A stretch of 64,000 nucleotides of DNA, from contig BK006943.2 in assembly GCA_000146045.2 (NCBI GenBank), forward strand, positions 64,001 to 128,000, written 5' to 3'. The translations under genes were made by a program, and so were the position numbers. The notes below the pieces were generated by a model. That model saw only the letters and a list, made by a program, of their open reading frames with translations, did no database searches and was not told the DNA's origin. The DNA is from TPA_inf: Saccharomyces. Its lineage: Eukaryota. Every line of letters begins with the position of its first letter. The stretch's first letter is position 1. Shown in pieces: positions 57,691 to 64,000 of this stretch.

Positions 57691-58264
57691 GCAGAAAACT
57701 ATTAGTTCTTTTATCCTGATGACTTTTTCTCATTTGCATTGATTAGAAAGGAAAAAAAGAAGTGTCCTTTTCTACTACTACTCTAGTCGCATCCATTCCT
57801 TTGCATTTATCTTTTCTGCGGTTGGCCAATCCATTCTTCCGAGAATTTGGCTAGCCATACTTGATGTTTTCCCATTATTGGTTCGTTTGGCAATGCTAAT
57901 TTTCTTAATTGCCCCTTATATACTCTTCCATAAAATGTTTTTTTTATAACTAATTTTCTGTATATCATTATCTAATAATCTTATAAAATGTTAAAAAGAC
58001 TTGGAAAGCAACGAGTGATCGTGACCACATAATTGCCTCGCTACACGGCAAAAATAAGCCAGTCCTAATGTGTATATTAAAGGCTGCATGTGGCTACGTC
58101 TATTAAAAAAAAAATATTTATCTAAATAAAAGAAACCTTCTTTTAGAGAACCTTAAAAATGTAATATACAAATCATTCATACCAAAATCTTTTTACAAAT
58201 CATAATCTTTTTCTATTTCTTTTCCCTTATAAAAGGTAGAACATTAGTACTTTGATGTAGCTAT

Positions 58265-58948
58265 TTAACAGTCGACCAAAGAAACAGCTTCCAAATGAAT
58301 GGCACTACATTGTTCGGCGACGTTTTGATCATACAAGTTGTAGAAATTGCCGGATAGACATTGGTAGAAAACGTCACTGTCACCCAAAGCCAAGTAACCA
58401 TCTTCAGTAATGGACCAACCGGCAGCGTAGATGGCGCCGGCTTGTGGTGGTGGACCGTCAAATTGGAATTGTCTGTTAGCAACAATAGAACCAATTCTAC
58501 CCTTGGCATCAGTCAAAACACCGTCCTTCAAGGTCAATTCTAAGGTACCAGAATTCTTACATGAGCTATCTTTCAAAGATGGAGTGGCACAAGAAGATGA
58601 TGTGGCATTAGTAGATGTTTTAGATGCAGAGGAAGAGATCTTTTCGGAGCTGGTTGGGGTAGCGGTAGTAGTAGCTTGGGCTTGACTATCGGTGGCTTGA
58701 GCAGTAGCAGCAGAAGTGGCTTGGACTTGACCGTCACCAATTTGAGAGATAACGTCTCTCTTAGCTTTTGAAGAGGTAATAGCTTGAACAGCAATACCAA
58801 AGGTGGTAGTGTATTCGGCAGCACCACAAGAGATGGAGCCGGTTGGGGTTAAGGTGGACCATGGTTCACCTGGAGTGTAACCTTCAGCAGAAGCAGTGGC
58901 GGATAGAGCAGCAACGGAGGCAGCTAGGGCGACGTTTTTGAATTGCAT
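58265..58948 (-). CDS. CIS3: PIR-family cell-wall protein Cis3/Pir4 with 1 PIR repeat, 227 aa
   Basis: [21 protein letters not shown] signal peptide, KAKR Kex2 site, a single [10 protein letters not shown] repeat and a conserved C-terminal domain ending ...[10 protein letters not shown]. Confidence 0.93.
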   Translation of the reverse strand: MQFKNVALAASVAALSATASAEGYTPGEPWSTLTPTGSISCGAAEYTTTFGIAVQAITSSKAKRDVISQIGDGQVQATSAATAQATDSQAQATTTATPTSSEKISSSASKTSTNATSSSCATPSLKDSSCKNSGTLELTLKDGVLTDAKGRIGSIVANRQFQFDGPPPQAGAIYAAGWSITEDGYLALGDSDVFYQCLSGNFYNLYDQNVAEQCSAIHLEAVSLVDC

Positions 58949-59835
58949 TTTAGATGTAAGTTTAGCGAGTGAAATAGTTTTATGTGTCTTGATTTACAAT
59001 TACTACTGCCAAAAAGAGAAGGTTAAGATAGACCCACCACAAGATAGATTGGCTCTCTTTCCCGAATACTTATATACTGACTGTTTGGAGATGAAACCTT
59101 CGAGAATTTTTCACCCACTGTCAACCTATTTCTTATTTTTGTTTTTGTTTGTGGACGTTTAGCTTAAATCGGCGCGAATTTTTTTGGCGCAGTACACGCT
59201 GACCCGTTTCTTTTGGGCGACCGTGTCTCGACCGTAGCAAAAGGGGAAAAAGAAAAGCTGGAAGGGCTAGGCGGGATCTGGCCCGTGGAAATCGTATGGA
59301 ATGCATAGGCGGCCCGGCCAGGCACCACGGAAAAAAGCTGATTGTCCTCTTTTACGAGCCGTGGATTTGCAGGAAGAAGCAACGCACGCATGGAAAACAC
59401 GTGACCTGAAAGTCACCGGAACAAATTAGCCACATCGACGTTTCTTTTACTATACAGCTCGAACAAGCTAACTTGAAATGCTACAACCATGTTGGTATAA
59501 TTGTGTACAGACACGTGCATTTTTGGTACGAAGAGGGTTACCCGGCTGCGAGTTTTTTTCATTATGAACTAATTCAGGGAAATAATCCCGTTCGGGAAAT
59601 AGATAAACAACGCCAAACGAAAAAAAATATATAGTGCATATATGACGAGATTTAATTATCGCCAATAGGTTCTTTCTTAGGCAAAATTAAAGTTTACTCA
59701 ATTTCTATTTATACATTAACTGCTATTTACGACGCATTATATATATTCAGTCATTGCGTAGTATAGACGTGGAGAAACGAAAAAAAAAAAAGGAAAAGCA
59801 AAAGCCTCGAAATACGGGCCTCGATTCCCGAACTA

Positions 59836-62328
59836 CTAGAGGTTGGGAACTTCCAGGGTCTGATGAATTCTTTGCTGCTTTACCAGGTCAAAATATTCTA
59901 TTTCTATCAAACTAGAATGCGGGTGTTCATCCATAATTAGACGCGTTTTTTGTTCACCCGCAGCCATATCCCCCAAATATACTTGCTCGAATGTAGCTTG
60001 TGGTAGACGAAGAGTTACATCTAGATAACGCTTAGTGTGCAGCTCCTCTAAAAACTGCTTAATGCTAGCGTTCAATGGAGTCATGCGGCGTTGCGAAATT
60101 TCGTATCTCCAATGGTAAGATAACTGGTCAAAGGCCTTTTTTAATTTCTGATCATGCTCAATGTCAACAACGTCACTCCCGTTGAGGACCAAGATTTGCT
60201 TGGCGTATCCAGTTGCAATATGGTCATCTGTATCCACGTATGCACTTGTTGACGCTAATCTTTCACAAGTTTGTAATGTTACCTTATACTGTTGCTTTTC
60301 ATCGCGGAAGACGTTTGGATTAACCACTTCTAAATTATCCAAGAAAGTTGTCCATCCGTCCCAATTTTTATTTATCATTCCGATGAAGGTGCCAAATGGG
60401 CCTACTACACCGGATCCATCTCTTCCAACAACAACTATTCCCAGTAAATCGTCTGTGTTTAATCCATCCAATATTTGATGAACACTCTTTAGAACTCTCT
60501 TGCGATACAGTTCCCCATCAGCATGCGACAAATTCAAACATACAATAAGTTTTAGCGGCGTATCACTGTGCAATCTTTTCCACGGTAGACGAGAATCATG
60601 GGATTGTGCTGATATAACATCAGGCGGCGCTCCTAAAGCGCCTATTATATTCACATGAGAGAGTTCCTTCACTGTAGAAACAATCTCACTTAATGGTAGT
60701 GTCTCCAGTGAAGAATTTTCTAGACAATACTTCCATTTGGGAAGCAACCACTTTTCGCAGTTTTCGTTGAACCTCAAGTATATTTCAGGTATATTAGTGC
60801 TCTTCAAACTACAAAGTAGTACGTCCTCATTGAACTTGATTACCTGGTAAAACTGGTCTCTAGGAATCTTACCCAGGATCTTCATTTCTTCAAAATCAAA
60901 CAAAACTAGAAATTTGGAGAATAATATTACAAGGTTATTGTCTACCCATTGTTCGCCATCATCAGAATACATTAGTTTGTCAAACAAGATCAAACTGCCA
61001 AATTCGCTATCCTTATCCACATTTGTTTCGATATATTGATCAATTTTCTTTTTCCATTCCTTTTCCCTTTCCTCTAGTTCTTCGTGGTCCACATGATTCA
61101 CATCTTGCAAGACCCCTAAATCATCACTGGTCCGCATTTCTTGAAACTTCACACTGACCATAACATGTTCACCACCCGTTTTACTAAACCACACTTCAGC
61201 AGCACTTTCGTCTATTTCATCATCACAGTCCAGTTTTTCATCATCACTTAAATCAAAAGGGTCTGTAGTTGCCATTTTATTAACGAATGGTGAATTTAAA
61301 AATGGGCTATCAAGATAGCTAACGGCCTCAAATTGATTGCTATTCGATAAGCGTGGTGTCCTGAACCCATCACATGAAATATCAGCAGTACGAATGAGCT
61401 GCTCCTGTGGTGTAAACTGAGGAAATTCACCTGTGAAGCTTCTCGCCGTTTTCAAATCAATCCATTGCTGTTGCATATTGGATGACGGACCATCATCATG
61501 AGCGCCTGCGCCCGTTAGAAGTTTGGATACCATTTCAGGAACAATGTCTTTATCCTTTGGCTTGCTCACTTCGCCACATATCTTACACTCAGGAAACTTG
61601 CCTTGGAAATAAAGAGTTTCAAATAGCATCAAATAACAGTTATAGTGGCTAGTGTGTGAACACGTAGACTCCACAACCTTTTCACCGGTAAATGTGGAAC
61701 TAATACTTTCCTCACAGATTAAACATTTCTCACCTATGTACCTTTTTGGACTGAATTGTGAATTGCATTTTTTTATGTTTCTTTCCAGGCTGATCATGAA
61801 AGTTGGTGAATCTTCTTCGTAATATGAATCGCCGTCAATGCGATAATCTTCATCCATAACCGTTAAATTGATGTCTGACAAAGTATCACACATAGTTGTA
61901 GAATCAGAAATCGACTCTCGGAGTAAACTAGTAGTTAAATTTGTAGCTTTGATGTTGTATTTGTTGCTACTTGTGATATTTACTGGCGATTGTAAAGCGC
62001 TAAGTTGTCCTGTTTTCGAAAAACCAGATGCTACTGATCCCGCTGTTTTCTTCAAACTTGGTGGGGGAGATATAGGCTTGGAAAGATTCAGTGGTTTAGG
62101 AATATTGCCTCTTTTGGACATCATTAGGCCAAGATTTGGAGTAAATTGACTCTCTTCAATATACCCAAATGTGGGCATCTGTTGCTTCTTAAATTCTGGT
62201 GTCTTTCTAAAAACTTTACCCGATAAACCTCTTAGAAATTTCTTCGGTGGTGATCTTTCAGCGTCACGATCTCCACTTGGTGGAGTGTGTATTTTTTTTT
62301 CAAACGAAACTCTTGTTGGTGTCTTCAT
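59836..62328 (-). CDS. FAR1: CDK inhibitor and Cdc24/G-beta-gamma scaffold of the pheromone response, 830 aa
   Basis: MKTPTRVSFEKKIHTPPSGDRDAERSPPKKF... with a RING-H2-like segment (CLICEES...CSHTSHYNCY...CKIC). Confidence 0.92.
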   Translation of the reverse strand: MKTPTRVSFEKKIHTPPSGDRDAERSPPKKFLRGLSGKVFRKTPEFKKQQMPTFGYIEESQFTPNLGLMMSKRGNIPKPLNLSKPISPPPSLKKTAGSVASGFSKTGQLSALQSPVNITSSNKYNIKATNLTTSLLRESISDSTTMCDTLSDINLTVMDEDYRIDGDSYYEEDSPTFMISLERNIKKCNSQFSPKRYIGEKCLICEESISSTFTGEKVVESTCSHTSHYNCYLMLFETLYFQGKFPECKICGEVSKPKDKDIVPEMVSKLLTGAGAHDDGPSSNMQQQWIDLKTARSFTGEFPQFTPQEQLIRTADISCDGFRTPRLSNSNQFEAVSYLDSPFLNSPFVNKMATTDPFDLSDDEKLDCDDEIDESAAEVWFSKTGGEHVMVSVKFQEMRTSDDLGVLQDVNHVDHEELEEREKEWKKKIDQYIETNVDKDSEFGSLILFDKLMYSDDGEQWVDNNLVILFSKFLVLFDFEEMKILGKIPRDQFYQVIKFNEDVLLCSLKSTNIPEIYLRFNENCEKWLLPKWKYCLENSSLETLPLSEIVSTVKELSHVNIIGALGAPPDVISAQSHDSRLPWKRLHSDTPLKLIVCLNLSHADGELYRKRVLKSVHQILDGLNTDDLLGIVVVGRDGSGVVGPFGTFIGMINKNWDGWTTFLDNLEVVNPNVFRDEKQQYKVTLQTCERLASTSAYVDTDDHIATGYAKQILVLNGSDVVDIEHDQKLKKAFDQLSYHWRYEISQRRMTPLNASIKQFLEELHTKRYLDVTLRLPQATFEQVYLGDMAAGEQKTRLIMDEHPHSSLIEIEYFDLVKQQRIHQTLEVPNL

Positions 62329-62538
62329 TAATAGATTGCCTTCTTACGCCCACGAAGCTTTCCAGTGGATCTATAGACTTTGTGTAAAGGATGGTCAAGA
62401 AATATAAAAGTAAATAGAAATTTTTTGAATAGATAAGATAATATACACTCTCAAGACAGAGTGAACAAAAAGGATAGTTTTATTTTCTTTTAATAATTTG
62501 AATATATTATATACTGTGAACCAAGGTACCTTCGCATT

Positions 62539-62545
62539 TGAAACC
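62539..62545 (-). promoter_or_regulatory. Pheromone response element-like motif (TGAAACC) in the FAR1 promoter; a second TGAAACG sits at 62662-62668
   Basis: 6/7 matches to the Ste12 PRE TGAAACA, 210 and 335 bp upstream of the FAR1 ATG. Confidence 0.4.
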
Positions 62546-62852
62546 TTTACGATGTCATTTTATTGCCTATTTCCTTTTTAGGTATTTTCGGTGAAATGGC
62601 TGCATGTTGAAAATTGCATCGCTGAAAAAAAAAGATATGCAAACAAAAGAAAGTTGCATTCTGAAACGACCGGGTCTCTCTTGCCCGCCTAACAAAACCA
62701 AAGAGGTAAATGAAAGTAAACAGATATTTTTCCTTACTTGGAAAAATAAAGCAACAATGAAGGTGAGTTTTATAGTCGCTCCTACAGTGATGCAAGTGCA
62801 ATGTCTTTTTTTTTTCATCCTGTAATGGGTTAAATAACTTCAAAAAGGCAAA

Positions 62853-64000
62853 TCATCCATCTAGTTGTGGATCAATGTCCCATTGAATTTTAGTTACAGC
62901 ATGTAGTCTCTCCAGGATATCACCTATAGGTGTGAACAAACCAAACTGCCTCTGTTCACCATCGTATGAATGCAACATACCAACAAGCCCCAAACCTAGA
63001 CGATCTTCTAACTTGGTCAAGATCCATGCGCCTGAATCCCCCGCACTAGCAAATAAAGGAGTTGGAGATGCAACGACAAACTCGCTACTTTGTAACTTTC
63101 CGTCGGCCCAATAAACTAATTTTGTAGAATTTAACTCGCCTGAAGTGTATCCCGTAGAAGCCCCTATTTTAAATACTTTCATCCCAGGCTTCATTTTAAA
63201 AATTTTTCGTTTCACATGTAAATTTTGAAATCTTAATGTTGGATCTGGGAATGATTTTAAGCCATTACCTAGGGTATTCTGACATTTGAATGATGAATTA
63301 ACTTTGATAATAGCAAAATCTGATAATCTGTGATCTACGATTGCTCTCTCGCCCCAAACTACTTGACCAAATTTGTTTGATTTCTGCCAGTTCAAGTTTT
63401 GATCTATTCTTTGCACTTCCTCCAAAAATGCTGTTTTCTCCACCGAACCATCAGGATACCTATCTGATTCTTTCGTTAAAACTTTCTTGTAAGAAGTCTG
63501 TAAAACATTAGAAGGTACCATGACGTTTGGATAATCTTGCTTCTCAGATAATACAACGTGGGCGCAAGTAATGGCAAATGAGCAGCTTGCAAATTGAGAA
63601 AATTTTTTATCACTACCAGTCTGAGGGAATAGATAACCCCCTAAAGTACCTGTAATTTTAGCGCTTGTCTCAGTGGATAAAGACATAGAAATTGGCAATT
63701 CAAGTGGATTCTCTGAAACTGCATATGGGGGGGAAAACTGAAATTTAGTTGGGGCTATTGTATCGATAGTTGCTGCGGTATGAGACGGAATACTGCCTAC
63801 TGCTGATGCAGCTTTTTTAATGTAATCTTTCACACAATACATGTGTACATCTGGGAACAACGAATAAAGAACCTTTATCATTTCATAGTGTTCATGTTGC
63901 AAGTTGGGTAAGCCAAACATTATTGTAAGAATTGAACTCTTTGGGGTTATACCTCTAAGTATAGGTGCTATAAAAGCACCTTCCTGGTCAGAGATTATTG
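62853..64000 (-). CDS. SSY5: SPS-sensor serine protease component. Only the 3' part of the gene is in the window; the N-terminal coding region lies beyond position 64000.
   Basis: Chymotrypsin-like C-terminal domain (GDSGAWILTKLEDRLGLGLVGMLHSYDGEQRQFGLFTPI). The frame stays open past the track's internal Met at 63920. The expected ~699-aa product cannot fit in the window. Confidence 0.8.
   Translation of the reverse strand, partial: IISDQEGAFIAPILRGITPKSSILTIMFGLPNLQHEHYEMIKVLYSLFPDVHMYCVKDYIKKAASAVGSIPSHTAATIDTIAPTKFQFSPPYAVSENPLELPISMSLSTETSAKITGTLGGYLFPQTGSDKKFSQFASCSFAITCAHVVLSEKQDYPNVMVPSNVLQTSYKKVLTKESDRYPDGSVEKTAFLEEVQRIDQNLNWQKSNKFGQVVWGERAIVDHRLSDFAIIKVNSSFKCQNTLGNGLKSFPDPTLRFQNLHVKRKIFKMKPGMKVFKIGASTGYTSGELNSTKLVYWADGKLQSSEFVVASPTPLFASAGDSGAWILTKLEDRLGLGLVGMLHSYDGEQRQFGLFTPIGDILERLHAVTKIQWDIDPQLDG

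Overview
This window is ordinary, densely packed Saccharomyces cerevisiae nuclear DNA. From the translated ORFs and their order I recognise the left arm of chromosome X, from UBP12 (YJL197W) through SSY5 (YJL156C). Everything large in the window is explained by about 37 known protein-coding genes, one tRNA-Glu(UUC) gene and the usual promoter elements. The strands are coded at roughly equal density and the intergenic regions are short and AT-rich. Three ribosomal-protein genes carry canonical 5' introns: RPS14B, RPL39 and RPL17B. I see no prokaryotic-style operon, CRISPR array, complete Ty element or unexplained long ORF. The distinctive structured regions are:
- the PIR cell-wall gene cluster PIR5 / HSP150 / CIS3, including the 11 tandem 19-24 aa repeats inside HSP150;
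- a well-conserved alpha2-Mcm1 a-specific operator upstream of ASG7;
- an ECB plus MCB cell-cycle module upstream of CDC6;
- two unusually GC-rich intergenic islands, in the RPS22A-RPL39 divergent promoter and in the CIS3 promoter;
- a 1.2 kb ORF-free flank beside the tRNA gene.
Gene identities come from recognising the translated sequences and the gene order, not from a database search. Exact start codons were chosen by matching known protein N-termini and lengths. I cannot support any claim of a previously undescribed system here; the findings below are refinements within known biology.
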